Of a stretch of 64,000 nucleotides of DNA, positions 46,577-56,759 are shown in pieces. The notes beneath the pieces were generated by a model that was not told the origin of the DNA, searched no databases, and saw only the letters and a list, made by a program, of their open reading frames with translations. How positions within the stretch are numbered: position 1 is the stretch's first letter; every line of letters begins with the position of its first letter. Origin of the DNA: Armatimonadota bacterium (GTDB lineage Bacteria > Armatimonadota > SYMT01); assembly GCA_046292385.1 (NCBI GenBank), contig JBKBRF010000029.1, positions 30,089 to 94,088 on the forward strand, read 5' to 3'. A program made the translations under genes and the position numbers.

Positions 46577-47962
46577 ATGATCTTTGAGACGATCGAGACC
46601 CCTGGCCTCGCCCACCTTTCATACCTGGTCGGCGACGAGACGGAGGGCGTCTGCGCGGTGATCGATCCGCGCCGGGACGTGGAGATCTACCTGGAGCTGG
46701 CCCAGCACCACCACGCCCGCATCACGCACGTGCTGGAGACGCACGTCCACGCCGACTTCGTCTCCGGCGCCCGCGAGCTGGCGGCGCGGACCGGCGCGCT
46801 GGCCTGGCTCCCGGCCGGGGGCGGGTACCAGTTCGACCACTCCCCCCTCGCGGAGGGCGACGTCCTGGAGCTCGACAGCCTCTGCCTGCAGGTGCTCCAC
46901 ACGCCGGGCCACACGCCGGAGCACGTGAGCCTGGTGATCAGCGGCGGCAAGGGCGCGAAGGAGCCGTGGGGCGTCTTCACGGGCGACACCCTGTTCGCCG
47001 GGGAGGTCGGCCGGCCGGACTTGCTCGGCGAAGCAGCGGAGGAAGACCTCGCGCGGCAGCTCTTCCATTCACTCCACGAGAAGCTGCTCCGGCTGCCCGA
47101 CGGGCTGGAGATCTACCCGGCCCACGGCGAGGGCTCTCCCTGCGGAGGGAGCATCGGCGACCGCCGCACCAGCACCATCGGCTACGAGCGCCGGCACAAC
47201 GAGAAGCTGCGCCTGCGCGGCGTGCGGCAGTTCACCTCCGCGGTGCTGGAGAGCCTGCCGCCGGCGCCGTTCTACTACCCGCGGATGAAGCGGGTCAACG
47301 CCGCCGGCCCGCCGGTGCTGGGCTGTCTCCCCGCGCTCCAGCCGCTGAGCCCGGAGCGGTTCGAAGCCGCGCGGGAGGTGCCGGGAACTCTGGTGGTCGA
47401 TACGCGCGAGATCGAGGCGTTCGGCGGCGCCCACATCCCCGGCGCGCTCAACATCGCGCTGCGAGAGGAGTTCCCGATCTGGGCCGGGTGGATGCTTCCG
47501 CCGGAAGCTCCCCTGCTGCTGGTGCTCGAGGACGAGAGCGACCTCGAGACCGCCCAGCGCCAGCTGCTGCGGGTCGGGCTCGAGAACGTGGTCGGCTACC
47601 TGCGCCAGGGCATGCGCGGCTGGCTGGAGGCGGGGCACCCGTTCGACCCCCTGCCGCAGATGAGCGTCCACGAGCTGCACGAGCGGGTGCGCAGCCGATC
47701 CGGCGGCCTGCAGGTGCTCGACGTCCGCCGCGACGACGAGTGGGAACAGGGCCACGTCCCCACCGCCACGCACGTCTTCGCGCCCCATCTCCCGGAGCGG
47801 ATGCACGAGCTCGACCTGGAGCGCCCCGTCGCCGTCTACTGCGGCAGCGGCTACCGCGCCAGCATCGCCGCCAGCCTGCTCCAGCAGCGTGGCTTCCGGG
47901 AGGTCTACAGCGTGCCGGGGAGCATCAAGGCGTGGAAAGCGGCGGGGTACGCGCTTCGCTAG
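46577..47962 (+). CDS. MBL-fold hydrolase/persulfide dioxygenase fused to two rhodanese domains (CstB-like)
   Basis: THVHADF, HTPGHTPEH, FTGD, PAHG; GAHIPGA; active-site YCGSGYR. Confidence 0.9.
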   Translation: MIFETIETPGLAHLSYLVGDETEGVCAVIDPRRDVEIYLELAQHHHARITHVLETHVHADFVSGARELAARTGALAWLPAGGGYQFDHSPLAEGDVLELDSLCLQVLHTPGHTPEHVSLVISGGKGAKEPWGVFTGDTLFAGEVGRPDLLGEAAEEDLARQLFHSLHEKLLRLPDGLEIYPAHGEGSPCGGSIGDRRTSTIGYERRHNEKLRLRGVRQFTSAVLESLPPAPFYYPRMKRVNAAGPPVLGCLPALQPLSPERFEAAREVPGTLVVDTREIEAFGGAHIPGALNIALREEFPIWAGWMLPPEAPLLLVLEDESDLETAQRQLLRVGLENVVGYLRQGMRGWLEAGHPFDPLPQMSVHELHERVRSRSGGLQVLDVRRDDEWEQGHVPTATHVFAPHLPERMHELDLERPVAVYCGSGYRASIAASLLQQRGFREVYSVPGSIKAWKAAGYALR

Positions 47963-48146
47963 TATTCCGTATCGAGTATTGCGTTGCGGTTCGCCTTCTC
48001 TGCTTTGCGAAGGATCGTGCCGGGCGAGTGGCTAATCCGGATTGGATCGGTTGCTGATGGTTTCTGCAAAGAAGCGCCTCGCCCGGCACGACGCCGCCGG
48101 TGGGTGGTGAATGCAGTCCGCTACGGAATACGCGATACGCACTACG
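47961..48146. repeat. Inverted pair of CGTATTG/CGTATCG-type heptamer arrays enclosing ~130 nt
   Basis: Left AGTATTCCGTATCGAGTATTGCG; right CTACGGAATACGCGATACGCACTACG; same family at 63868-63893. Confidence 0.65.
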
Positions 48147-48264
48147 CCAGAAGCCTCGCCCTCTCTCTCCCGATCCTGGCGGTAAGCATCACCGAAGTGA
48201 GCGTTGACGGCTTATCCGGGTGCGCTTGTCGACCGCTCCGGCCTCCGGCGGGGAGTAGCTGCGC

Positions 48265-49014
48265 ATGAATCGCCGAGCACTTCTGCTGGCACCGGCACTG
48301 GTCGCCTGCATGGTGGGCGTCCAGCGGGTATCCGGGTGCATTGCTCAAGGACACCTGGATTCAGCTCTAAGGGACGCAGCGCTTCGCGGCGACGAGGAAG
48401 CGGTTCGGGAGCTCCTGGCTCGCGGGGCAGACGCGAACGACTCAGATTGCCCCCTGTCGCTGGCCGCCGCCAAGGGCCACACCGGAGTGATGCGCCTTCT
48501 CCTGGATCACGGAGCGGATCCGGCGACGCGCGACATCAAGGGGTATACGGCTCTCGGAAACGCCTGCCGCACGGGCCAAGGCGGTGCGGCCAGGCTGCTG
48601 GTGGAGCGCGGTGCCCCCGTCGAATCGCTCGAAGCCGGAGCGTTCACTCCCCTGGAAATGGCGGCGGGATCAGGGGACCTTGCCCTGGTGAGGTTACTCC
48701 TCGCGCACGGCGCAGAGGCCAACTTCACGACGCCTGACGGAACCGTGCCGCTGCACGGTGCGGCTAGCGGGGGAAACATTACGATCGTGAAGCTTTTCCT
48801 GGCGGAGGGAGCTGATCCGAATGCCAGATCGCAGACCGGATGGACGCCGCTGATGTGCGCGGCCGAGGAAGGCCATACGAGCGTAGTCCGGCTTCTCCTG
48901 AAGAAGGGAGCCAAGCGCCACTTCCGCAATTCGGATGGCAGGACCGCGGCAGACCTCGCGCACGCATTCGAACGTGAGGGCGTGGTGGAGTTACTGAGAG
49001 GCGCGGCGAAGTAG
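48265..49014 (+). CDS. Ankyrin repeat protein with N-terminal signal/anchor
   Basis: Repeated G.TPL..AA..G...V.LLL..GAD.N units. Confidence 0.92.
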   Translation: MNRRALLLAPALVACMVGVQRVSGCIAQGHLDSALRDAALRGDEEAVRELLARGADANDSDCPLSLAAAKGHTGVMRLLLDHGADPATRDIKGYTALGNACRTGQGGAARLLVERGAPVESLEAGAFTPLEMAAGSGDLALVRLLLAHGAEANFTTPDGTVPLHGAASGGNITIVKLFLAEGADPNARSQTGWTPLMCAAEEGHTSVVRLLLKKGAKRHFRNSDGRTAADLAHAFEREGVVELLRGAAK

Positions 49015-49062
49015 ACCAGTAAAGCGCGCTCGCCGGCACCGCCCACCGGATCGAGGGCCAGT

Positions 49063-49362
49063 CTATTTCAGGGGCAGGCGGTTTCGCCAGTGATCCGGCT
49101 CCCGGTGAAGGTGGGCGATTGCGAGAATCACAACCTCGCCTCCGTGGAGCGAGTAGATGACGCCATACGGAAAACGCCGCAGCAAGAATCGCCGGATATC
49201 CCGACTGAGAGGCTGCCATGCCTCCGGATGCGTCGCGATCCGCCGAGTCGCGATGCGAACTTCATCTCGTAGCTCGGCCCCAAGTCCCGCCCGCTGCCTG
49301 TTGTAATAGCTAACCGCTTCTCGTAGATCTTCTCGAGCTGCTGAAAGGAACCGGACGCTCAC
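49063..49362 (-). CDS. Type II toxin, RelE/ParE family
   Basis: AAREDLREAVSYY, RRFLLRRFPYGVIY, LAIAHLHREP; GTG overlaps the antitoxin stop. Confidence 0.9.
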   Translation of the reverse strand: MSVRFLSAAREDLREAVSYYNRQRAGLGAELRDEVRIATRRIATHPEAWQPLSRDIRRFLLRRFPYGVIYSLHGGEVVILAIAHLHREPDHWRNRLPLK

Positions 49363-49580
49363 AGCTCGTCCAGTTCCGCGAAGACTTCTTCCGCAGGGAC
49401 TGCGTTCATCTCTCCGGCCTGAAATGCCGCCATCCGGCTTTCGGCTTCGATCACCCACAGTTCGTCAATGTGAGGATCCGGCGGGTCCAGGCTGGTTAGG
49501 AGGCGCTCCACCACGGCGGCCCGCTCACATACGGAAAGTTGGAGAGCATCCTCCAGGATTTGTGTGGCTCGGTCAGACAT
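49359..49580 (-). CDS. Addiction-module antitoxin
   Basis: ALQLSVCERAAVVERLLTSLD...WVIEAESR...VPAEEV; GGAGGG RBS. Confidence 0.88.
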   Translation of the reverse strand: MSDRATQILEDALQLSVCERAAVVERLLTSLDPPDPHIDELWVIEAESRMAAFQAGEMNAVPAEEVFAELDEL

Positions 49581-49641
49581 TTCTCCCTCCGGTTCTATTA
49601 TGCCAGCGATGGCGCGGAAGCATCGGTCGAGGTCTCCGCGG

Positions 49642-51144
49642 CTACGAGGCCCGGCGGGCACGGGTGGCGGCCCAGTTCCGCATGGCGGTGAGCGACTCTT
49701 TCATCGTGACGGAGAGCGGGATCACGTGCGCGGCGGCGGCGAGCAGGTCTTCCTGGCGCAGCGGGCGGCGGTCCTCGTGGTAGGCGGCGAAGAGCGCCTC
49801 ATGGACGATTTGCTCGATCTCGGCACCGGTGAAGCCTTCGGTCCGCTCCGCCAGTTCCGCCAAGTCGAACGCCGCCGGGTCGCGCCGGCGACGCTGGAGG
49901 TGGACGCGGAAGATCTCCGCCCGCTCCTCGGGCGAAGGCAGGTCGACGAAGAAGAGCTCGTCGAAGCGGCCCTTGCGGAGCAGCTCCGGCGGGAGGGTGC
50001 GGACCTGGTTGGCGGTAGCGACCACGAACACCGCCTTCCGCTTCTCCTGCATCCAGGTGAGGAAGGTGCCGAGCACGCGGGCGCTCACGCCGGTGTCGTG
50101 GGCGTCGTGGGTGGCGCCGGCGAAGCCTTTTTCGATCTCGTCGATCCAGAGGATGGAGGGCGCCACCGCCTCGGCCGTGGCGATGGCGCGGCGGACCGCC
50201 GCCTCGCTCTCGCCGATGTACTTGCCGAAGAGCCGGCCCACGTCGAGCCGGAGTAGGGGCATCTTCCACTCCCGGCTGGTCGCCTTCGCCACCAGGCTCT
50301 TGCCGCACCCCTGCACCCCGAGCAGCAGGATGCCGCGCGGCACCGGCAGGCCGTACTCCCGGGCGTCCTCCGTGAAGGCGGAGACTCGCCGGCGCAGCCA
50401 GGTCTTGAGGCTCTTCAGCCCGCCCACGTCTTCCAGCTCCGCCTCCGCCTCGTAATACTCCAGGAGCCCGCCGCGCCGGACGATCTGCTTCTTCTCGGAG
50501 AGCACCAGGTCGACCGCCGCGTCGGTGAGCACGCCGTCGCGCACCAGCGCCTTGGCGAGCACGATCTCCGCTTCGGCCAGGGTGAGGCCGAGCGCCGCCT
50601 TCAGCAGCCGCTCCCGGCCGGCGGGGCTCAGCGCTACCGCCTGTTCGCCCTGCGCCGCGAAATCGGCTTCCAGCGACCCGAGCAGCTCGCCCAGCTCGTC
50701 CAGGCCGGGCGGCGGGTAGTCGAAAACCTCGATCTCCTGCTCCAGGTCGTCCGGCACGCGGAAGCGGGGGCTCAGGAAGACGAGCTGCTTGCCGGTGGCG
50801 GGCAGCTCCCGGGCGAGGTCGCGCAGCTTGCGCAGGAGCGCCGCGTTCTCCAGGTAGTGGTGGAAGTCCCGCAGCACGAAGAGCGCCGGCTCTTCGTAGC
50901 CGGCGATCAGGTCGAGCGCGGAGTGCGGATCCGGCGCGGGGTAGTGCTCCGGCTCCGCCTCCGGGTCGGAGGAGACGGCGTTGAAGCCGGTGGTGGCGCT
51001 CCAGATCAGCAGGCGGCCCTCGCGCCACTTCGCGGCGAGAGGGCGGAAGAGCCGCTCCTCCGCGCGCGCTTCCTCCGGTGTGACGACCGCGATCAGCGGC
51101 ACCCGCGCGCGGATCGCCAGCTCCAGCTCCGCCGCGGTGCTCAT
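49642..51144 (-). CDS. AAA ATPase, Ycf46-like
   Basis: [52 protein letters not shown]. Confidence 0.92.
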   Translation of the reverse strand: MSTAAELELAIRARVPLIAVVTPEEARAEERLFRPLAAKWREGRLLIWSATTGFNAVSSDPEAEPEHYPAPDPHSALDLIAGYEEPALFVLRDFHHYLENAALLRKLRDLARELPATGKQLVFLSPRFRVPDDLEQEIEVFDYPPPGLDELGELLGSLEADFAAQGEQAVALSPAGRERLLKAALGLTLAEAEIVLAKALVRDGVLTDAAVDLVLSEKKQIVRRGGLLEYYEAEAELEDVGGLKSLKTWLRRRVSAFTEDAREYGLPVPRGILLLGVQGCGKSLVAKATSREWKMPLLRLDVGRLFGKYIGESEAAVRRAIATAEAVAPSILWIDEIEKGFAGATHDAHDTGVSARVLGTFLTWMQEKRKAVFVVATANQVRTLPPELLRKGRFDELFFVDLPSPEERAEIFRVHLQRRRRDPAAFDLAELAERTEGFTGAEIEQIVHEALFAAYHEDRRPLRQEDLLAAAAHVIPLSVTMKESLTAMRNWAATRARRAS

Positions 51145-51770
51145 CGCGCGGGCCCCACGGCTGCCGCCAGGTGGCCCAGGATCACCTCCAGCGCCGCCTC
51201 GTTGTGGCCGCCCTCCGGGATGATCAGGTCGGCGTACCGCTTGCTCGGCTCTACGAACTGGAGGTGCATCGGCCGCACCGAGTCCTCCCACTGCGTCGTC
51301 ACGCTTTCCACGGTCCGTCCCCGTTCCGAGATGTCGCGCCGCAGCCGCCGGATGAAGCGCACGTCCGGGTCGGTCTCCACGAACAGCTTCAGGTCCAGCA
51401 GCCCCCGCAGCGCCGGGTTGGCCAGGATCAGGATCCCGTCGACCACCACGCAGGGCCGCGGCTCCAGGCGGCGCGTCTCACCGGTGCGCTCGTGCCGGAC
51501 GAAGTCGTAGACGGGACCCTCGATCGCCAGACCCCGCCGCAGCTCATCCACGTGCCGGAGCAAGAGCTCCTCGTCGATGGCGTCCGGATGGTCGTAGTTG
51601 CGGCGGGCCCGCTCCTCCGGAGAGAGCTGCGGGAGATGCCGGTAGTAGGCATCCTGCTCCACGCGCGCCACCCGCTCCGGCCCGAGCGTGCGGAGGATCC
51701 GGGAGACGACGGTCGTCTTCCCCGAGCCCGACCCGCCCGCCACCCCCACTACCAGGACTTTACTCCGCAA
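51141..51770 (-). CDS. udk: Uridine kinase
   Basis: GVAGGSGSGKTT, NYDHPDA, RRLRRDISERGR, FVEPSKRYAD; probable TTG start. Confidence 0.95.
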   Translation of the reverse strand: MRSKVLVVGVAGGSGSGKTTVVSRILRTLGPERVARVEQDAYYRHLPQLSPEERARRNYDHPDAIDEELLLRHVDELRRGLAIEGPVYDFVRHERTGETRRLEPRPCVVVDGILILANPALRGLLDLKLFVETDPDVRFIRRLRRDISERGRTVESVTTQWEDSVRPMHLQFVEPSKRYADLIIPEGGHNEAALEVILGHLAAAVGPAR

Positions 51771-52027
51771 CCCGTCAGTTTGTAGCGCCGCGCCAGTCAA
51801 CGGACTCCCCGGACCAGGGCAGGCCAGGCGCCAGCCCCACACGCCGCACCCGAACCCGGCAGAGCCGGAACCAGGAAGGATCGGCTTCGCCGACACGATA
51901 CTCTACTCGCAAGATACCTCGTCAGCCACGGGGGCTTTGCAAGGGCCATTGTGCCCCTGCTCACCGAGCCTTTACGCGCAAGTATTCGCCGGTTCCGCCG
52001 CCTGACCGCTTCCGGCGCGCTTTGGAC

Positions 52028-52957
52028 CTAACCGCTGGCCCCGGACCCGGCCAGCTCCAGCGCGTAAACGTCGTAGCCGCCGGCGCGGTCGGAGACCCAG
52101 GTGAGCGTCTTCCCGTCCGGCATCCACGCGGGGGAGTGGTCATAGCCGTCGTGGCGGCTCACGTTGCGCGGCGAGCTGCCGTCGGCGCCCATCACGTAGA
52201 CCTCGAAGTTGCCGTCCCGGAAGGTCACGAAAGCGATCCGCTTGCCGTCGGGCGACCAGGCCGGCGCGACGTCGAGCGACGGGTGCTCCGTCAGCCGCTT
52301 CAGGTCGCTTCCCTCGCGGCTGAGGGTGTAGATCTCGAAGTTCCCGTCCCGGTCCGCGTTGAAGACGATCCGGCTGCCGTCCGGCGACCAGCGCGGGAAC
52401 TGCTTCTGCGTCGGCTCGGAGGTTAGGCGGCGGACGTTCTTCCCGTCCGCATCGGCCAGGTAGAGCTCCTGCGCCTTGTCCCGGTTGCTCAGGAAGAGCA
52501 GCGTCTTTCCATCCGGAGTGAGCGAAGGCCACCGGTCGAAGCTCTTCGTCCTGATCAGCGCCTCCCGGTCGGCGCCCTGCGGGTTCATCCGGTGGATGTC
52601 GAGCTCGCCGTCGGTGCCGGACTGCGTCACGTGGACGAAGACGAGCTGCTTCCCGTCCGGCGACCAGCTCGGCTGCCGCTCCACCGGGTCCTTCGTCAGG
52701 ATCGTCACGCCGGAGCCGTCCGCCGGGATGATCCCGATCCCGATCCGCCCCCGCTGGTGGTAGTGGCTGCAGGCCAGGAGCTTGCCGTCCGGCGACCACG
52801 CCAGGTCTTCCTTGAACTTGCCGTCGTGCGTCACGCGCCGGGGCTGCGGCTCCTCCGCCTGCAGCGCGGGCATCTGGGTGCCGGCAGCAAGCAGCAGCGC
52901 CGTGGGCAGGACCGCGGCGCGGAGCAGACGGACGGCGGGCAGCGGGCGGCGCGTCAT
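52028..52957 (-). CDS. Exported TolB-like (PD40) beta-propeller protein
   Basis: Signal peptide; repeated WSPDG motifs, RDGNFEIY. Confidence 0.9.
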   Translation of the reverse strand: MTRRPLPAVRLLRAAVLPTALLLAAGTQMPALQAEEPQPRRVTHDGKFKEDLAWSPDGKLLACSHYHQRGRIGIGIIPADGSGVTILTKDPVERQPSWSPDGKQLVFVHVTQSGTDGELDIHRMNPQGADREALIRTKSFDRWPSLTPDGKTLLFLSNRDKAQELYLADADGKNVRRLTSEPTQKQFPRWSPDGSRIVFNADRDGNFEIYTLSREGSDLKRLTEHPSLDVAPAWSPDGKRIAFVTFRDGNFEVYVMGADGSSPRNVSRHDGYDHSPAWMPDGKTLTWVSDRAGGYDVYALELAGSGASG

Positions 52958-52960
52958 GGG

Positions 52961-54298
52961 CTACAGCAGCTCGTGGATCACGTCGCCGGCGACGGGTAGG
53001 CCGAGGGCGAGGACGTCGGTGCGGGTGATGCCGAGCGACTCGAGCATCGTGGTGCAGAGGTCGGCCGGGGTCACGGGACGGGAAGCCGGATACTCGCCGC
53101 GCTCGTCGCTGACGCCGACCACCTGGCCGCCGCGGATGCCGCCGCCCGCCAGCAGCGCGGAGTAGCAGCTCTGCCAGTGGTCGCGCCCCGCCTGCGGGTT
53201 GATCTTCGGCGTGCGGCCGAACTCCCCCACCGCCACCACCAGCGTCCGCTTCAGCAGGCCGCGGTCGTGCAGGTCGTCCAGCAGCGCGGAGCAGGCCTGG
53301 TCGAACGGCCACGCCTGCCGCTCCGCCAGCATCTCGAAGTTGCGGTAGTGGTTGTCCCAGCCGCCGTCGCCCGCGTCCTCTTCCGCCTCCACGTGCTGGC
53401 TCCAGTTCACCTGGACGAACGGCACGCCGCTCTCCACCAGCCGCCGCGCCAGCAGGCAGCTCTGCCCGAAGCGGGTGCGGCCGTACCGCTCCCGCAGCTT
53501 GGCCGGCTCTCGCTGCAGGTCGAAGACCCGCCGGCCTTCGGAGCTGGTCATCAGGGAGAACGCCTGGTCGTAGAACCGGCTCATCGCGCGGCTCTCCCGC
53601 TCCGCGGCGGCAGCGATCGGATTCTCCGCGGCGTCGAGCGACTGCAGCAGCCGCTGGCGGCGGTCGACCCGGCTCCCCGTCACCCCCTCCGGCGGGGCGA
53701 CCTCCCCCAGGAGCACGCCTTCTTCCACGTCGTAGCGGATCCGGAACGGGTCGTAGACCGCGCCGAGGATCCCGCCGCCCTCCCCCTGGATGTAGCGGTG
53801 GCCCTGCTGCATGCGGTCGCCGATCATCACGTAGGTCGAGAGCGGGGGCGTGAAGCCGCGGACCCGGCTGACGATGGAGCCGACGTGCGGGTGCACCTGC
53901 CCCGAGGCCGGATTCCGCCCGGTCATGCCAATGGTGCCGGCGAGGCCGTGGTCGTTCGTTTCGTGGTGGAGCGTCCGCACCAGGGCGTAGCGGTGGGCCT
54001 GCTTCGCCAGCCTGGGAAGCAGCTCCGTCACCTGGATGCCAGGGACGTTGGTTCCGATCGCCCGGTACGGGCCGCGGTACTCGGACGGCGCCTCCGGCTT
54101 CGGATCGAGCGTGTCGAGGTGCGGCGGCCCGCCCCAGAGCCACAGCACGATCACCGCGCGGGAGCCCTCCGCGGCGGCCGCCAGGGCGGCCTGCTGGGGG
54201 AGCGACCAGCCGAGCGCGCCGAGCATGCCGGCCTGGACCAGCCCGCGGCGAGTGAGTCCCGCGCAGTTGCGCCCGCTTGTCTCCCCCACCAGCAGCAT
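52961..54298 (-). CDS. DUF1501 domain protein
   Basis: TRRGLVQAG, WLWGGPPHLDTLDPKP, WDNH, GEFGRTP, GRDHW; GAGGAG RBS. Confidence 0.92.
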   Translation of the reverse strand: MLLVGETSGRNCAGLTRRGLVQAGMLGALGWSLPQQAALAAAAEGSRAVIVLWLWGGPPHLDTLDPKPEAPSEYRGPYRAIGTNVPGIQVTELLPRLAKQAHRYALVRTLHHETNDHGLAGTIGMTGRNPASGQVHPHVGSIVSRVRGFTPPLSTYVMIGDRMQQGHRYIQGEGGGILGAVYDPFRIRYDVEEGVLLGEVAPPEGVTGSRVDRRQRLLQSLDAAENPIAAAAERESRAMSRFYDQAFSLMTSSEGRRVFDLQREPAKLRERYGRTRFGQSCLLARRLVESGVPFVQVNWSQHVEAEEDAGDGGWDNHYRNFEMLAERQAWPFDQACSALLDDLHDRGLLKRTLVVAVGEFGRTPKINPQAGRDHWQSCYSALLAGGGIRGGQVVGVSDERGEYPASRPVTPADLCTTMLESLGITRTDVLALGLPVAGDVIHELL

Positions 54299-54565
54299 CC
54301 GCCGCTCCTCAAAGCACCGGCCCCGTCCCATCATGGGACGCGCCCCGCGGCCGGGGGTTGCGCTCGTTTCCCGGGTCCCGCCGCCCGGGTCGGAGGCGAT
54401 CCAGTGGCATTTCGGCCCTAATTCGATGGAAAGCGGTAGTCCTACCTCTGGACGAGGGGGGGACCTGCCAATAATGCGTGAAACCGCGCCATCGAGAGCC
54501 GCGCGCGTGCCGCCGGGCTATGCCCCGGGGCCGTGCCGCCGACCCCACTCGAGTTGAGGAATCCC

Positions 54566-56419
54566 GTGAGCCTGACCCTGGAGCTGAGCCAGCCGCCGAC
54601 CGCCGCGGCGCCCACGCGAGCCACCTACGGATTGATCCGGCCGGTGATTCTCGCGGGGATCGCCAACGCCCTCCTCTTCTTCGCCATCGACCGCACGCAG
54701 GTCTGGAGCCTGGTCGCCGCGGGCCTCGCGATGGTGCTGGTGGGGGTGGTGCTGGTTCGTCAGCTCAACCTCATCCTTTCGCTGGAGCACCAGGTCTCCA
54801 GCCGGATGGAGCAGCTCTCCGCGGTGAGTGAGGTCGTCTCCGCCCTCAACTCGTCGCCCAACGTCGGCAGCACGCTGGGGCTGGCGATCGATCGCCTCAC
54901 CACGGCGCTGCGCGCGGAGCGGGGCGTAGTGTGGCTGGCGGCGGTCGACGGCACCGGCTACCGGGCCGTGGAGGATCTGGGTGAGGGAGTCCTGCCTCCC
55001 ACGGAAGAGCTGCTGGAGCTGATCGTCTCCCGCGAGTCGCCGCCGGAGGAGCGACTGCTGCGGCTTGCCCCCCGCGCGGGCGTCCACTGCCTGGTGGCGA
55101 AGATGGGCCGGCCGGACGAGGCACTCGGCTTCCTCGCGCTGCAGCGGGCGGAGGAGCCGTTCTCCGAGATGGAAGCGGCGCTGCTGGCGGCCGTGGCGAG
55201 CGATATCGGCGCCGGGCTCCGCAGCGTGCGGATGCTGAGCGAGGCGCGGCGGTTGGCGGACCGCGACCCGGTCACCGGCGTACTCAACCACCGCAGCGGT
55301 TACCAGCGGCTCTATTCGGAGGCGGAGAAGGCCCGCGCCACCTCCACCTCGCTTGCGGTCCTGATGATGGACCTCGACAACTTCAAGCTGTTCAACGACA
55401 CCTACGGGCACCCCGCCGGCGACGAGGTGCTGAAGCGCGTGGCGAGCGTGCTCCAGCGCACCTGCCGCCAGACCGACGTGGTGGTGCGCTACGGCGGCGA
55501 CGAGTTCATGGTGATCCTGCCGGAGACCGACGTCCGCCAGGCGGTGCGCTGCGCGGAGCGGATTCAGGCCAACCTGGCCCGGGAGCGTTTCCGCTGCCAG
55601 GACTCCTCTTCCCTGCCGATTGGCTTCAGCTACGGCATCGGCGTCTATCCGACCGACGCCACCGAAGTGATGGAGCTGGTCTCCGTCGCCGACACCAACC
55701 TCTACCAGTCGAAGTCCGAGGGCGGCAACGTCATCACCTCCCGCGGCAACACCCGCTCGGACAGCAGCCTGATCTACGTGAAGGGCTACGACCTCTTCCG
55801 GGCGATGGTCGCCGCCATCGACAACAAAGACGGCTACACGCGCAAACACAGCGAAGAGGTGACGGAGTACTCGCTGCAGATCGCGAAAGCGGCCGGCATG
55901 GACGAGGCGATGCTGCAGACGATCCAGCTCGCCGGCATCCTGCACGACGTGGGCAAGATCGGCATCCCGGACGCGATCCTGCGGAAGCCGGGCAACCTCA
56001 CCGACGACGAATACCGGATCATGCAGCAACATCCGGAGTTCGGCGCGCTGATTGTCGGAGCCATGCCCGGCATGGAAGAGGTGGTCCTCGGCGTCCGCTA
56101 CCACCACGAGCGGTTCGACGGCGGCGGCTACCCGGACGGACTCCGCGGCGACGAGATCCCGCAGATCGGCCGCATCATGGCGATCGCCGACGCCTTCTCC
56201 GCGATGACCACCACCCGCCCCTACCGCAAGGGACTCACGGAGCGGCAGGCGCTGGCGGAGATCAAGCGCGGCCTCGGCACCCAGTTCGATCCGGAGCTCG
56301 GCGCCACGTTCATCCGCCTGCGCGAGGAGCGCCTGGCACAAGCCGCCGCCGCCCGCCGCCCGCGCAAGCCCCGCGCCAAGCCCGCCCCCGCGGCGGAGCT
56401 GGCCCCCGCCGAGAGCTAG
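54566..56419 (+). CDS. Membrane-bound GAF-like/GGDEF/HD-GYP c-di-GMP enzyme
   Basis: Two TM helices; DLDNFK, RQTD..RYGGDEF; LHDVGKI, HHERFDGGGYP; GAGGA RBS before GTG 54566. Confidence 0.92.
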   Translation: MSLTLELSQPPTAAAPTRATYGLIRPVILAGIANALLFFAIDRTQVWSLVAAGLAMVLVGVVLVRQLNLILSLEHQVSSRMEQLSAVSEVVSALNSSPNVGSTLGLAIDRLTTALRAERGVVWLAAVDGTGYRAVEDLGEGVLPPTEELLELIVSRESPPEERLLRLAPRAGVHCLVAKMGRPDEALGFLALQRAEEPFSEMEAALLAAVASDIGAGLRSVRMLSEARRLADRDPVTGVLNHRSGYQRLYSEAEKARATSTSLAVLMMDLDNFKLFNDTYGHPAGDEVLKRVASVLQRTCRQTDVVVRYGGDEFMVILPETDVRQAVRCAERIQANLARERFRCQDSSSLPIGFSYGIGVYPTDATEVMELVSVADTNLYQSKSEGGNVITSRGNTRSDSSLIYVKGYDLFRAMVAAIDNKDGYTRKHSEEVTEYSLQIAKAAGMDEAMLQTIQLAGILHDVGKIGIPDAILRKPGNLTDDEYRIMQQHPEFGALIVGAMPGMEEVVLGVRYHHERFDGGGYPDGLRGDEIPQIGRIMAIADAFSAMTTTRPYRKGLTERQALAEIKRGLGTQFDPELGATFIRLREERLAQAAAARRPRKPRAKPAPAAELAPAES

Positions 56420-56429
56420 GCCCCAGCGG

Positions 56430-56683
56430 CAGTTATCAGGTTTCAGGTTGGCAAGTTACAGGTTGGGCAGACCATGAGGGCGGAATGCCCGCCTGCAGCC
56501 TGCGACTGAAGTCGAGGCTACAGAAAGCGGAGCCCGGCCAGGCCGGGCTTCGGACTCCTCCCGAAGAGCCGGCTAGGCTCACGTTTCCCCCTCCAGAGTT
56601 TGGCAAGCGGACACGCGGCTGGCTGCCCTCATTTGGTACGGGCTGCTAACCTGCAACCTGCTAACCTGCAACTTGCCAGCTGA
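56430..56683. repeat. Nested palindromic composite: inverted CAACCTG-type arrays enclosing REP-like hairpins
   Basis: Outer arrays 56430-56467/56644-56683; ATGAGGGC/GCCCTCAT; TGCAGCCTGCGACTGAAGTCGAGGCTACA; AGCCCGGCCAGGCCGGGCT. Confidence 0.75.
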
Positions 56684-56759
56684 TCGTCGGCCGGCTGATA
56701 GAACTCTCCCGTGACCCAGCTGCGGCACCCTCGCCGCGGCGGACCCCTGGAGAGCAGCC

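Noticed and set aside
51790..52020. Intergenic region with CCAGGAAGG, considered as SRP RNA or a pyrimidine leader
   Set aside because: Lacks the SRP domain IV consensus and a PyrR-type motif; unsupported
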